A stretch of 25,875 nt of DNA from Candidatus Limnocylindrus sp. (GCA_040397175.1 JBBAWM010000001.1:1-25875), one strand, 5' to 3'; shown: positions 1-8,945, counted from the first letter of the stretch. The notes: generated from the sequence alone by a model not told the origin. Numbers and translations are program-made.

Positions 1-453
1 GGCACGACTGGAAGCGAGCTCTGGCGCACGAACGGCACGATCACGGAGCGCGTGAGGGACATCAACGCGGGTGTTGTCGACTCAAATCCGCGCTACTTCA
101 CCGTTCTCGGTGACTACATGTACTTTATTGCTAGCACAGTCTCTTTTGGTACCGGTGGCAATGCCAGGGCGTGGCGTGTAAGCGACGGAGGCGTCGTCGA
201 ATCATTGTTGCTACCAGGGACCAATGCCTTCATCAATTGCATGTGTGAGCGCGCGTTAATTCCGCTGGATGGGCGACTCTTTGCAGCCTTCGGCTCTACC
301 GAAACCGGAAACGAGTTCGCCTACCTCGACGAGCCAACGTTCGGGCTCCCTGAAACGAACCGCGACGGTTCGGTATGGAGCACGGCTCTGGTGCTGCTCG
401 CTGCACTCACAGCCGCCGCGGGCCTCACCGTGCGCATGCGCGCATCCAAGTAG
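1..453 (+). CDS. ELWxxDGT repeat surface protein, C-terminal part (5'-truncated by window), with LPETN-TM-basic sorting tail
   Basis: Frame is open from base 1 (GTTGSELWRTNGTITERVRDIN), upstream of the listed ORF start at 52. Contains an ELWRTNGT repeat and ends GLPETNRDGS-hydrophobic helix-RMRASK. Confidence 0.85.
   Translation, partial: GTTGSELWRTNGTITERVRDINAGVVDSNPRYFTVLGDYMYFIASTVSFGTGGNARAWRVSDGGVVESLLLPGTNAFINCMCERALIPLDGRLFAAFGSTETGNEFAYLDEPTFGLPETNRDGSVWSTALVLLAALTAAAGLTVRMRASK
312..338 (+). repeat. 27-bp exact direct repeat, copy 1 (encodes EFAYLDEPT)
   Basis: cgagttcgcctacctcgacgagccaac is identical at 312-338 and 1816-1842; similarity continues through the sorting motif. Confidence 0.9.
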
Positions 454-469
454 AGAGAAGGAGAACCCC

Positions 470-1963
470 ATGCCCGCCAAGCGCTCGCTAACCCTTGCCC
501 TCGCCCTGCTGCTTGTTGCGGCGATTCCAGCCCGCGCTACGGGCTTCCCGGCGATTTCGATTGTCGACACGATCCGTTCGGGCTCAGCCTCGTCAGGCGC
601 GCTGGTCTACGGGGGTAGTGCAGAGCTCGATGGCTGGCTCTATTTCAGCGCGAACGACGGCACAACTGGCTACGAACTCTGGCGCACCAACGGCACCACC
701 AGTGAACTCGTCAGCGACATTAGGGTTGGCGCGGCAAGTTCTTACCCAACCCAGTTGGTGACCTTCAATGGCTATGTTTACTTCAGCGCCGATGTTTCTG
801 GTAACCACTACCAACTCTGGCGTTCCGACGGCACGGCAGCAAACACCCTACTGGTAAAAGATATTGCTCCCGAGTCAGATACATACATTGACGTCATAGT
901 TGTCTCAGGTGACACGCTCTACTTCAGGGCGTACGACGAGGTGTACGGCAACGAAATCTGGCGCTCTGACGGCACGCCAGAGAACACCAGGCTCATCAAA
1001 GACATCATTTTAACCAACGTGGGTGACGCGCCAGGCGACCTTACGGCGTTCAATGGCGCCCTGTACTTCACTGTAGACGACGGCGTGCATGGCACCGAAC
1101 TCTGGCGTACCGATGGCATCGACGGCACAGAGGCGCACACGAAGATGGTCAAAGACATCAAGAGCACCGGCACTGACTCCTCGTCTCCAAGTGACCTGAC
1201 CCCCCTTGGCGACTATCTCTACTTCATCGCCGACGATGGCACGCACGGTGCTGAGCTCTGGCGCACGAACGGCACCGAAGCGGGCACGGCGATCGTTATC
1301 GACCTCACCCTTGGGGTGGCATCCAACATTTACGGCATTAAGGCGTTCAATGGCTCTATCTACATGAGCGCCGATGATGGCGTTTCCGGCTTTGCACTCT
1401 GGCGCAGCGATGGCACGGCTGCGACCACGAGGTTGATCAAGGGAACCGACCCAGTCAATACCAACGGCTATGGGCCTGAATTTATGACTGCCGTCGGCAA
1501 CTGGCTGTATTACAACAATTGGGACAGCGCGCACGGCGCTGAACTCTGGCGCACCGATGGCACCACCGCGAACACTACCCTCGTAAGCGACATCCGCCCA
1601 GGAACTGATGAATCGTACCCGGAATACTTCGTTGCGATTGGCGACGCGCTCTATTTCCGAGCCGATTCGGGAGCGGGGAGGAAGCTTTTCCGCGCGACGG
1701 CAGACGGCTCGCTCACATTGAGCACCATCCCGGGGAGCAACGTCCAGTACGGCAATACCTACGCCAGTATCGGCGGCCGACTCTTCATTCCGTTCTTGAG
1801 CGACGAGACGGGCAGCGAGTTCGCCTACCTCGACGAGCCAACCTTCGGGCTTCCAGGTACGAACCGTGACGGTTCGGGCTGGGGCACGACCCTGGTGATA
1901 CTTGCGGCGCTCACGGCGGCTGCAGGCGTGGGTTTGAGCCTGCGTAAGGCGACGCGCGCGTAG
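470..1963 (+). CDS. Secreted ELWxxDGT repeat beta-propeller protein with LPGTN-TM-basic sorting tail
   Basis: ATG 470 preceded by GAAGGAG; signal peptide MPAKRSLTLALALLLVAAIPARA. Seven clear repeats (ELWRTNGT, QLWRSDGT, EIWRSDGT, ELWRTDGI, ELWRTNGT, ALWRSDGT, ELWRTDGT). C-terminus GLPGTNRDGS-TM-RKATRA. Confidence 0.9.
   Translation: MPAKRSLTLALALLLVAAIPARATGFPAISIVDTIRSGSASSGALVYGGSAELDGWLYFSANDGTTGYELWRTNGTTSELVSDIRVGAASSYPTQLVTFNGYVYFSADVSGNHYQLWRSDGTAANTLLVKDIAPESDTYIDVIVVSGDTLYFRAYDEVYGNEIWRSDGTPENTRLIKDIILTNVGDAPGDLTAFNGALYFTVDDGVHGTELWRTDGIDGTEAHTKMVKDIKSTGTDSSSPSDLTPLGDYLYFIADDGTHGAELWRTNGTEAGTAIVIDLTLGVASNIYGIKAFNGSIYMSADDGVSGFALWRSDGTAATTRLIKGTDPVNTNGYGPEFMTAVGNWLYYNNWDSAHGAELWRTDGTTANTTLVSDIRPGTDESYPEYFVAIGDALYFRADSGAGRKLFRATADGSLTLSTIPGSNVQYGNTYASIGGRLFIPFLSDETGSEFAYLDEPTFGLPGTNRDGSGWGTTLVILAALTAAAGVGLSLRKATRA
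1816..1842 (+). repeat. 27-bp exact direct repeat, copy 2
   Basis: Identical to 312-338. Confidence 0.9.
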
Positions 1964-2074
1964 TTCCTTCGGGAACCGAATGCGGTTCAGAGACTGCTGA
2001 CAATCGGTAACGAATTGGGTGTGGTATGCCTACTGCCGCCATAGTGCGGCGCTATGCATTTGGAGGCCCGCCAC

Positions 2075-3349
2075 ATGTTGATCAAGAAACTCTTCGCCGC
2101 AGTGACCGCGCTGGTGATTGCTGGAACGCTCTCAATTGGTCCCGTGAAGGCGATCTCCGTGCAAACGTCGGTGATTGCCGGCACAGCAGACAGTGTGTGC
2201 GCCATTGTGGCCAACGGTACGATTGAGTGCTGGGGCTCCAATTCATTTGGTCAGATCGGCGGTGGCAGCAACTCCCTTGAGCCGGTGCCCGTCAACTACA
2301 TTGCAGGCACCTGGCAGTACCTGCTGAATGGCGGCTCTGGTCGTCACATGTGTGCCATCAAGAGCGATGGGACGCTTTGGTGCTGGGGTTGGAATCAAGA
2401 TGGGCAGCTTGGTGACAACAGCACAACGAACGCCCTGACCCCAGTGCAGGTTGGCGCCGACACCACCTGGGTCGCTGGTTCGGTCGGACGTAACTCAACA
2501 TGTGCCATCAAGAGCGACGGCACGCTCTGGTGCTGGGGTGACAATACTTATGGCCAGCTCGGCAACGGCTCAACAGATGCCTCACTGGTGCCCGTGCAAA
2601 GCTCCCTAACAGGTGTGGCAACGGTGAGTGTTGCAGCTGGGCATGCATGCGCCCTGAAGACTGATAACACCATCTGGTGCTGGGGTAAGGGGACCGCTGG
2701 AGAGCTTGGTGATGGCAGCGGAGCCAGCTCATCGTCCCCAGTTCAGGTCGCCGGTAGCTGGAAATCGGTAACCGCTGGTCAAAGAAACCCAGGCAACCTC
2801 AGAGGTCACACCTGTGCCCTAAAGTCCGATAGCACCCTCTGGTGCTGGGGCGACTGGGACTTCTGCGGCCCTGTAAGTGGTGACTCCACGCCCGTCCAGG
2901 TCCCTGGCGGTGAACTGTGGACGTCGGTAACCACTGGGCCGTGGGACACCTGCGCCATCAAGTCGGCCGACGCATCGCTCTGGTGCTGGGGTGACTCATA
3001 CAACGGGCACCTCGGGAATGGCACGACATCTCCCGATCAAGCCACGCCACAAGCCGTCACCGGTGGCCACGCGTGGCTGACCTCTGTGCAGACGCATGAC
3101 AGCGCGTGCGGCATCCTCACCGACCTCAGCGTCTGGTGCTGGGGTGCTCAGAACTCCGGTGTCATTGGCGTTGCCGATGCCCCAGGTGCGAATCCAGATC
3201 CACTCCCACTCAACCGAACCGCAGGCGGCGGTCTGCCAGGAACGAACCGCGAGGAGGGCAGCGTCAACGTCACACTGTTGCTCCTTGCTGGCGCACTAGC
3301 AGTGGCCGGTGTTGGCCTGGGCATGCGCAAGGGTTCGCTCGCTAAGTAA
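2075..3349 (+). CDS. Secreted RCC1-repeat (7-blade) protein with LPGTN-TM-basic sorting tail
   Basis: GGAGG at 2062-2066 before ATG 2075; N-terminal signal peptide. Seven C-A-I-x-x-x-G/N-T-L-W-C-W-G-type repeats, several with GQLG. Ends GLPGTNREEGS-TM-RKGSLAK. Confidence 0.9.
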   Translation: MLIKKLFAAVTALVIAGTLSIGPVKAISVQTSVIAGTADSVCAIVANGTIECWGSNSFGQIGGGSNSLEPVPVNYIAGTWQYLLNGGSGRHMCAIKSDGTLWCWGWNQDGQLGDNSTTNALTPVQVGADTTWVAGSVGRNSTCAIKSDGTLWCWGDNTYGQLGNGSTDASLVPVQSSLTGVATVSVAAGHACALKTDNTIWCWGKGTAGELGDGSGASSSSPVQVAGSWKSVTAGQRNPGNLRGHTCALKSDSTLWCWGDWDFCGPVSGDSTPVQVPGGELWTSVTTGPWDTCAIKSADASLWCWGDSYNGHLGNGTTSPDQATPQAVTGGHAWLTSVQTHDSACGILTDLSVWCWGAQNSGVIGVADAPGANPDPLPLNRTAGGGLPGTNREEGSVNVTLLLLAGALAVAGVGLGMRKGSLAK

Positions 3350-3370
3350 CGCTCGTTCATTTGCAACTAC

Positions 3371-3411
3371 GCGCCGCCTCCACCTACGGGTGGGGGCGGT
3401 GCTGTTTCATT
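3371..3411 (+). terminator. Probable intrinsic terminator after the surface-protein cluster
   Basis: 14-bp stem gcgccgcctccacc/ggtgggggcggtgc (2 G-U pairs), cUACGg loop, followed by tgtttcatt. Confidence 0.65.
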
Positions 3412-3424
3412 AAAGTTTCGGCTG

Positions 3425-3453
3425 ATGACATGAAAGTCAAACGCCGCTAAACT
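3425..3453 (+). promoter_or_regulatory. Sigma70-type promoter, probably leaderless
   Basis: ATGACA (3425-3430), 17-bp spacer, TAAACT (3448-3453), 7 nt before ATG 3461; no SD. Confidence 0.6.
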
Positions 3454-3460
3454 CCTCTCC

Positions 3461-4960
3461 ATGCCCGCCAGGACCACACTCGTTGCCCTTATCGCCTCGC
3501 TGGCCCTCGCCTTCTCGGCGATTGCGGCGCCAGCAACGGCCGAAGCCGCCGCAGGGCTCACCGTGCGCAGCGCAACGGTTTCGAGCGAATTCGTGGGGCA
3601 GGTCGTGGTGGGCGGTGTGCCATCATCACTCTTGCAGTACATCACCTTCACCATCGTGCCAAAGCCCGGGAGCACCGCCAAGGCGATCAGCGTCACCTAC
3701 TCCAAGGCGTACCTCGTGGCGCAGCGCAAGCTTGAATCACGCGTAAAAGAGGCCACGATTCCCGTGTTCGGTCTCTACGCCGACTACAACAACACGGTGC
3801 GCATCACCGTAAAGCAGATCTATCGCAAGGCGATCACCACTACCGTGCGACTACAGACCGCGGCATATACCGGCTATTTCAGCGCGGCAACGCGCATTGA
3901 TGTGACGCCACGCAATGCAGCCATTCCGCTCGACTACAGCTACATGCTCGTGAAGCACTTGCATGACGGTCTCGGCCCAGTGGTTCTCGATATTGACGGC
4001 AACATTCGCTGGACCGGTCGACCTGGCATGAACTCGCAAGGTGCGTACTTTTGGAACGGGTCAATCTATCTTGATAACGGCGAAGGGTATGGCAGCGGGT
4101 CGAAGCTCTTCCGCATGGACATGACCGGAGCGCTCACTGAAGTCGCCGATTACGCGAGCGAAGGCGTATGGGGCTTCCACCACAATTACGACCTTGGCAA
4201 GGTCGGTTTGCTCATTGAACCCAACATTACTGTCGATGGCGCCGTGCACGTCGAGTCCACCATCTTCGAGATCAACAAGTCTGGTGCGATTCTCGATCGC
4301 TGGAACATTACGCAGATCGTGCGCGACGCGATGGTCGCCGGGAACGATGACCCATCGGCCTTCGTGCGCGATGGCGACGATTGGCTGCACAACAACGCCT
4401 CAACATATTGGGCAGCGCAGAACACGCTAGTCGTCTCTGGGCGTGAAGACTTTGTGATTGGCATCGGATACACCGATAAGCAGATCAAGTGGATCCTTGG
4501 CGACCTGAGCAAGGCCTGGGCAACCTACCCATCACTGATGGCGTATGCGTTGACCATGGCACCTGGCAGCATTGCGCCAATCGGCGAGCATGCCGTCTCC
4601 ATCACGCCGGACGGCAACCTGATGCTCTTCGATAACGGCTACGGGAGCTTCAACCACTCGCCGGCTGGTGACAATCACACCTACAGCGCGCCGCGGAAGT
4701 ATGCCATCAACCTCGTGACGAAGACGGCGACCGAGGTGTGGAACTTCAAGCACAACGAATCTATCTTCTCGGCGATCTGTTCGAGTGCGTACCAGAAGGG
4801 CTCGAGCTACCTGATTGATTACGCTCACGGCAACGATGGATACCTTCACCTTGTTGGCGTTGGAACCCAAGACCGAACCGCGTTTGAATACGCCTGGCCG
4901 GGCCAGTGCTGGGATGGATGGAACACCAGCATCCTCAGCCTCGAGGGGCTGCGCTACTAG
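3461..4960 (+). CDS. Secreted aryl-sulfate sulfotransferase (ASST family) with N-terminal Ig-like domain
   Basis: Signal peptide; IPVFGLYADYNNTVRI N-domain motif; FHH, DWLHNN, VSGR, GEH and LFDNG motifs match the His/Asn/Arg/His catalytic set of ASST. Confidence 0.85.
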   Translation: MPARTTLVALIASLALAFSAIAAPATAEAAAGLTVRSATVSSEFVGQVVVGGVPSSLLQYITFTIVPKPGSTAKAISVTYSKAYLVAQRKLESRVKEATIPVFGLYADYNNTVRITVKQIYRKAITTTVRLQTAAYTGYFSAATRIDVTPRNAAIPLDYSYMLVKHLHDGLGPVVLDIDGNIRWTGRPGMNSQGAYFWNGSIYLDNGEGYGSGSKLFRMDMTGALTEVADYASEGVWGFHHNYDLGKVGLLIEPNITVDGAVHVESTIFEINKSGAILDRWNITQIVRDAMVAGNDDPSAFVRDGDDWLHNNASTYWAAQNTLVVSGREDFVIGIGYTDKQIKWILGDLSKAWATYPSLMAYALTMAPGSIAPIGEHAVSITPDGNLMLFDNGYGSFNHSPAGDNHTYSAPRKYAINLVTKTATEVWNFKHNESIFSAICSSAYQKGSSYLIDYAHGNDGYLHLVGVGTQDRTAFEYAWPGQCWDGWNTSILSLEGLRY

Positions 4961-4984
4961 TTTCGGTCGTGGCACACTATGCCC

Positions 4985-5926
4985 ATGATTGAAACTGCCT
5001 ACTTCGCCACGGGATGCTTCTGGGGTGCTGACCGCCGCTTCTGGCAGATGCCCGGCGTTACCGAAACCGCCGTGGGTTACATGGGCGGCCACGCCGAGGC
5101 ACCCACCTATGAGCAGGTCTGCACCGGCAGCACCGGCCACACCGAGATGGTGAAGGTCGTCTTCGACAACCAGAAGATCTCGTACCGCCTCCTCCTCGAG
5201 GAGTTCCTGACCATGCACGACCCCACGTCGCTCAATCGCCAGGGGGGTGACATCGGCTCGCAGTACCGCAGCGCGGTGTACTACACGAACGACAACCAGC
5301 GCGAGGCGATCGAATCCGGCTTCAAGCTCTACGGCGCAGCGCTGGCCGCTGCGGGCAACGGCCCGATCGTGAGCGAGGTCCTCTCTGCCGACAGCATCAC
5401 CTTCTGGGAGGCCGAGGAGTACCACCAGCGCTACCTCGAGAAGAACCCGAAGGGGTACGACTGTCACAGCCAGACCGGCGTGCCGTTCCCATCGAGTGCG
5501 TGGTCGGACATTGTCGTGAGCGGTGCCTATCCGATTGAGATTGATGAGGTCGCCCTTCGTGCCCGCCTCGACCAGCTCTCGTTCGAGGTGCTGCGCCGCG
5601 CCGCAACCGAGGCGCCGAACGTGGGTGAGTACACCGACACCGAGACGGTGGGCGTGTACAAGTGCAAGGCATGCGGCAACGAGCTCTTCCGCAGCGAGAA
5701 CAAGTTCCACTCCGGTTGCGGTTGGCCGTCGTTTTATGCACCTACGTCTGCAGATGCCGTTGAACTAATCGAAGACCGCTCACTCGCCCCGCGCATTCGC
5801 ACCGAGGTGCGCTGCGCCAATTGCGGCTCACACATGGGCCACGTGTTCGAAGGCGAAGGGTACGACGTGCCAACCGATCAGCGCTGGTGCATCAACTCCG
5901 TTTCGCTGGTGCTAGAGGCGAAGTAG
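4985..5926 (+). CDS. msrAB: Bifunctional peptide-methionine sulfoxide reductase MsrA-MsrB fusion
   Basis: MsrA GCFWG, GHTE, DIGSQYRS, AEEYHQRY; MsrB CKAC/CANC zinc pairs, GCGWPSF, HMGHVF, RWCINS. Alternative start at 4979. Confidence 0.95.
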   Translation: MIETAYFATGCFWGADRRFWQMPGVTETAVGYMGGHAEAPTYEQVCTGSTGHTEMVKVVFDNQKISYRLLLEEFLTMHDPTSLNRQGGDIGSQYRSAVYYTNDNQREAIESGFKLYGAALAAAGNGPIVSEVLSADSITFWEAEEYHQRYLEKNPKGYDCHSQTGVPFPSSAWSDIVVSGAYPIEIDEVALRARLDQLSFEVLRRAATEAPNVGEYTDTETVGVYKCKACGNELFRSENKFHSGCGWPSFYAPTSADAVELIEDRSLAPRIRTEVRCANCGSHMGHVFEGEGYDVPTDQRWCINSVSLVLEAK

Positions 5927-5928
5927 CG

Positions 5929-6153
5929 ATGGCTGCCACTACGCCCGTTCGCGAAGTGATCAAGTACGGCAACGGCACAGTGAAAGCCCGCGGACAACGC
6001 CTCGACGGCGAGTTGCACGGCGCATGGAAGTTCTTTCGCCTTGACGGCAGCCTAATGCGCTCCGGCAGCTTCGATTGTGGTCGTCAGGTTGGCGTGTGGA
6101 GCACCTTTACTCGTGATGGGGACCTGGTGAAGAGCACAGACTTCGGGCGTTAA
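5929..6153 (+). CDS. Small MORN-variant repeat protein (YwqK-like)
   Basis: ATG 2 nt after the msrAB stop; YGNGTVKARG..HGAWKFFRLDGSLMRSG..VGVWSTF..DG pattern. Confidence 0.7.
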   Translation: MAATTPVREVIKYGNGTVKARGQRLDGELHGAWKFFRLDGSLMRSGSFDCGRQVGVWSTFTRDGDLVKSTDFGR

Positions 6154-6165
6154 CGCGCGAAGAGG

Positions 6166-6972
6166 TCAGTCAGGGATAACGATCGAGTTGAGCTCGCTCG
6201 CTGGCTTCGGATATGACATGTTGAGCCCCTTCAGCGTGTCAACGATGATCTGGGAGATCACCAGATCGCGATACCACTTCTTGTCGGCAGGAATTACGTA
6301 CCATGGCGCCTCGTCGGTGCTAGTCCGCTCAATCGCCTCCTCATACGCCTCCATGTAGTCGCCCCAGTGTTCGCGCTCGGCGATGTCGCCAACCGCAAAC
6401 TTCCAGAGCTTCGCCTTGTCGTCGAGGCGGGCCTGTAGTCGCAGCTTCTGCTCCGCTTTGGAGATGTGCAAGAAGAACTTGATGATGGTTGTTCCTTCAT
6501 CCACCAACGCCTGCTCCATATCGGCGATGTGGTCGTAGCGGCGCTTCCAAACCTTCTTCGGTGCAATCTCATGCACGCGCTCGACCAACACACTCTCGTA
6601 GTGCGAGCGGTTGAAGATGACGATCTCTCCGCGTTTGGGAAGTTGCGCGAAGTAGCGCCACAAATAATTGTGCGAGAGCTCGAGGGTGCTTGGCTGCTTG
6701 AAGCTCGCGACGCGCACGCCAATTGGGTTGACCCCTTCGAATACCTGGCGAATCACGCCGTCCTTGCCACCGGTGTCCATCGCCTGCAACACCACGAGCA
6801 CACGCTGCTTCCCTTCGGCGTAGAGCAGCTCTTGCAGCTCTTCAAACTCTTTGTTCAGTTCGAGTGCGCGCGCCTCGCCCGCCTCGCGACCCTTTGACCA
6901 ATCGGGGGTGCCGGCGGTATCGATCTTGTGGAGCTTTGGCGCCTTGCCAGGCCTAATGCGATGACTGCTCAT
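6166..6972 (-). CDS. ppk2: Polyphosphate kinase 2 family protein (probably class III)
   Basis: LQAMDTGGKDG Walker A, FKQPS, FNRSHYE, KFFLHISK, APWYVIPADKKWYR. Start ATG at 6972 inferred. Confidence 0.92.
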   Translation of the reverse strand: MSSHRIRPGKAPKLHKIDTAGTPDWSKGREAGEARALELNKEFEELQELLYAEGKQRVLVVLQAMDTGGKDGVIRQVFEGVNPIGVRVASFKQPSTLELSHNYLWRYFAQLPKRGEIVIFNRSHYESVLVERVHEIAPKKVWKRRYDHIADMEQALVDEGTTIIKFFLHISKAEQKLRLQARLDDKAKLWKFAVGDIAEREHWGDYMEAYEEAIERTSTDEAPWYVIPADKKWYRDLVISQIIVDTLKGLNMSYPKPASELNSIVIPD

Positions 6973-6978
6973 GTCCGC

Positions 6979-7010
6979 ATCGTACCCTCTCAATAGGTCG
7001 CCTCTATACT
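6979..7010. promoter_or_regulatory. Divergent -10 elements for ppk2 and ychF
   Basis: TACGAT on minus (6984-6979), 6 nt before ATG 6972; TATACT on plus (7005-7010), 7 nt before ATG 7018. Confidence 0.6.
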
Positions 7011-7017
7011 GCGTCGC

Positions 7018-8091
7018 ATGACATTGACGATTGGCATTGTGGGGCTCCCGAACGTCGGTAAGTCGACGCTCTTCAACGCCCTTACCAAGAACAACGTACT
7101 GGCCGCGAACTACCCGTTCGCCACGATCGAGCCGAACGTTGGTGTGGTGAACCTGCCAGACCCACGCCTCACCAAGCTCGCCGAGATCTTCGGCTCCGAG
7201 AAGGTCCTGCCCGCCCCCGTCTCGTTTGTGGACATTGCCGGCATCGTGCGCGGCGCATCAACAGGGGAGGGGCTCGGCAACAAGTTCCTCTCACACATCC
7301 GCGAGGCCGACGCCATTGCCCAGGTCGTGCGCGCCTTCGCCGACGAAGACATCATTCACGTCGACGGCAAGGTTGACGCCAAGAGCGACATCGGCACCAT
7401 CAACACCGAGCTGATCTTCGCCGACCTCGAAACCCTCGAGAAGTCACGCTCCCGCTACGAGAAAGAGGTGAAGGGGAAGAAGCTCGACGCCGAGGTGCTC
7501 GACATTGTTGACGCCGCCATCGCCGCCCTCAACCGCGGCGAGCCGCTCTCCTCAACCAAGGTCGACCTCACCCTCATTAAGGAGCTCGGCCTCCTCACCG
7601 CGAAGCCGATCATCTACGTCTTCAACGTCGACGAGGCGATCTTGACCAGCGCCGCACGCCGCGCCGAACTCGCCGCGCTCGTTGCCCCGGCCGAGGCGGT
7701 CTTCCTCGACGCCAAGGTCGAATCTGAGCTCGTGGACCTCACCCCCGCCGAGGCGGCGGAGCTACTCGCCTCCATGGGCCAGACCGAGTCGGGCCTCGAC
7801 CAGTTGGCGCGCATCGGCTTCAAGAATCTCGGCCTACAGACGTACCTCACCGCTGGACCGAAAGAGGCGCGCGCTTGGACGATTCACCAGGGTTGGACCG
7901 CACCGCAGGCTGCCGGCGTGATTCACACCGACTTCCAGCGCGGCTTCATCAAGGCCGAGATCGTCTCGTTTGACGACCTCGTGAGCAACGGTTCGATGGT
8001 TGCCGCCAAGGCCGCAGGTAAGGTGCGCATGGAAGGCAAGGAGTACGTCATGCGCGATGGTGACGTTGTGGAGTTCAGGTTTAACGTTTAG
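7018..8091 (+). CDS. ychF: Redox-regulated ATPase YchF (Obg family)
   Basis: GIVGLPNVGKSTLFNAL, ANYPFATIEPN, DIAG, GEGLGNKFL; TGS domain ending DGDVVEFRFNV. Confidence 0.98.
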   Translation: MTLTIGIVGLPNVGKSTLFNALTKNNVLAANYPFATIEPNVGVVNLPDPRLTKLAEIFGSEKVLPAPVSFVDIAGIVRGASTGEGLGNKFLSHIREADAIAQVVRAFADEDIIHVDGKVDAKSDIGTINTELIFADLETLEKSRSRYEKEVKGKKLDAEVLDIVDAAIAALNRGEPLSSTKVDLTLIKELGLLTAKPIIYVFNVDEAILTSAARRAELAALVAPAEAVFLDAKVESELVDLTPAEAAELLASMGQTESGLDQLARIGFKNLGLQTYLTAGPKEARAWTIHQGWTAPQAAGVIHTDFQRGFIKAEIVSFDDLVSNGSMVAAKAAGKVRMEGKEYVMRDGDVVEFRFNV

Positions 8092-8939
8092 CGGCAGATG
8101 ATGCCGTTCGCCTGGGCGAAGGTGTAGGTCATATTTAGTGGATCGATCGGCGTCGGCACGCTCGTCGGCACGCGCGCACCTCCAGCCTTCGCAGGTGCGC
8201 TCACTGCTGCGGCGGCTTTCACCCAGTCAATGGTGTTCGGTGTGCCAGTCGCCATCTCAGGAACAGTCACGAACTGGAAGCCACGACCTGCGTAGTTGGT
8301 GATGACTGCAGCCAGCAGCTTGACGGTGCCGGCGGTGAACGGATTCACGTGACCAAGTACTACGACCTTGTCGCCGGTCGCCTTTATCGCGTTCTTGAAC
8401 GACGATGAGGTGCGGCTGTAGGCCTTGCCCCTCTTGCAGATCTGCGCCGTGTCGGCAAAGGTGTTCGTCCACATCGACAGTGTGAGGCCGAGAGATTGCG
8501 CGATGCTGCGCACGCTGTTGTTCCAGGCACCGCCAGGTGGGCGCCAGTACTTCACGTAGGGAATGTTGTATCGCTTTGCAATGTCGAGCCAGCCACCAAG
8601 TTCTGAGGTCACGCCAACACGACCCTTTGCAGCAAATCCCTTGGTGAGGCTGGCGTGGGTCACGGTGTGATCAGCAATGGGGATGCCCGCCTCGCCAATC
8701 GCCTTCCAGAGATTCGGGAATTTGCGCAGCGACTTGCCGGTGGGGAAAAAGGTGATCGGCGTCTGTGTGGCCACGGCAACGGCGAGCGCCTGGCGAATGT
8801 GCAGCTCACTGTCACCATCATCAAAGGTCAGGGCGACCTGCTTGACCGAGGTGCTTGAGGCGCTTGCAGGTGCAAGCAGCGCGGCGAGCAGCGCTGCCAC
8901 CATGAAGAGCGGACGAATAGTGCGCAGGCGGGACTTCAT
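8088..8939 (-). CDS. Secreted polysaccharide deacetylase (CE4/NodB)
   Basis: Signal peptide from ATG 8939; LTFDDG, HTVTH, WRPPGG, VLGH motifs. Stop overlaps the ychF stop. Confidence 0.88.
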   Translation of the reverse strand: MKSRLRTIRPLFMVAALLAALLAPASASSTSVKQVALTFDDGDSELHIRQALAVAVATQTPITFFPTGKSLRKFPNLWKAIGEAGIPIADHTVTHASLTKGFAAKGRVGVTSELGGWLDIAKRYNIPYVKYWRPPGGAWNNSVRSIAQSLGLTLSMWTNTFADTAQICKRGKAYSRTSSSFKNAIKATGDKVVVLGHVNPFTAGTVKLLAAVITNYAGRGFQFVTVPEMATGTPNTIDWVKAAAAVSAPAKAGGARVPTSVPTPIDPLNMTYTFAQANGIICR

Positions 8940-8945
8940 GGTTAA

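Noticed and set aside
269-469. N-terminal extension of ORF 269..1963
   Set aside because: It overlaps the upstream gene out of frame; the SD and signal peptide support ATG 470.
1963-1988. Small overlapping hairpins gttcc-ttcg-ggaac and gaaccg-aatg-cggttc
   Set aside because: Stems are only 5-6 bp with no U-tract; too weak to call a terminator or switch.
2351-3145. Recurring tggtgctgggg DNA repeats as a possible CRISPR or VNTR
   Set aside because: They are in-frame WCWG codons of RCC1 blades, about 120-160 bp apart, with coding sequence between them.
4532-5710. 392-aa minus-strand ORF
   Set aside because: Antisense shadow of ASST/msrAB, typical of high-GC DNA; no motifs.
5929-6153. Toxin-antitoxin system implied by the YwqK-like label
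   Set aside because: No toxin gene is adjacent; the MORN-like repeat alone is not evidence.
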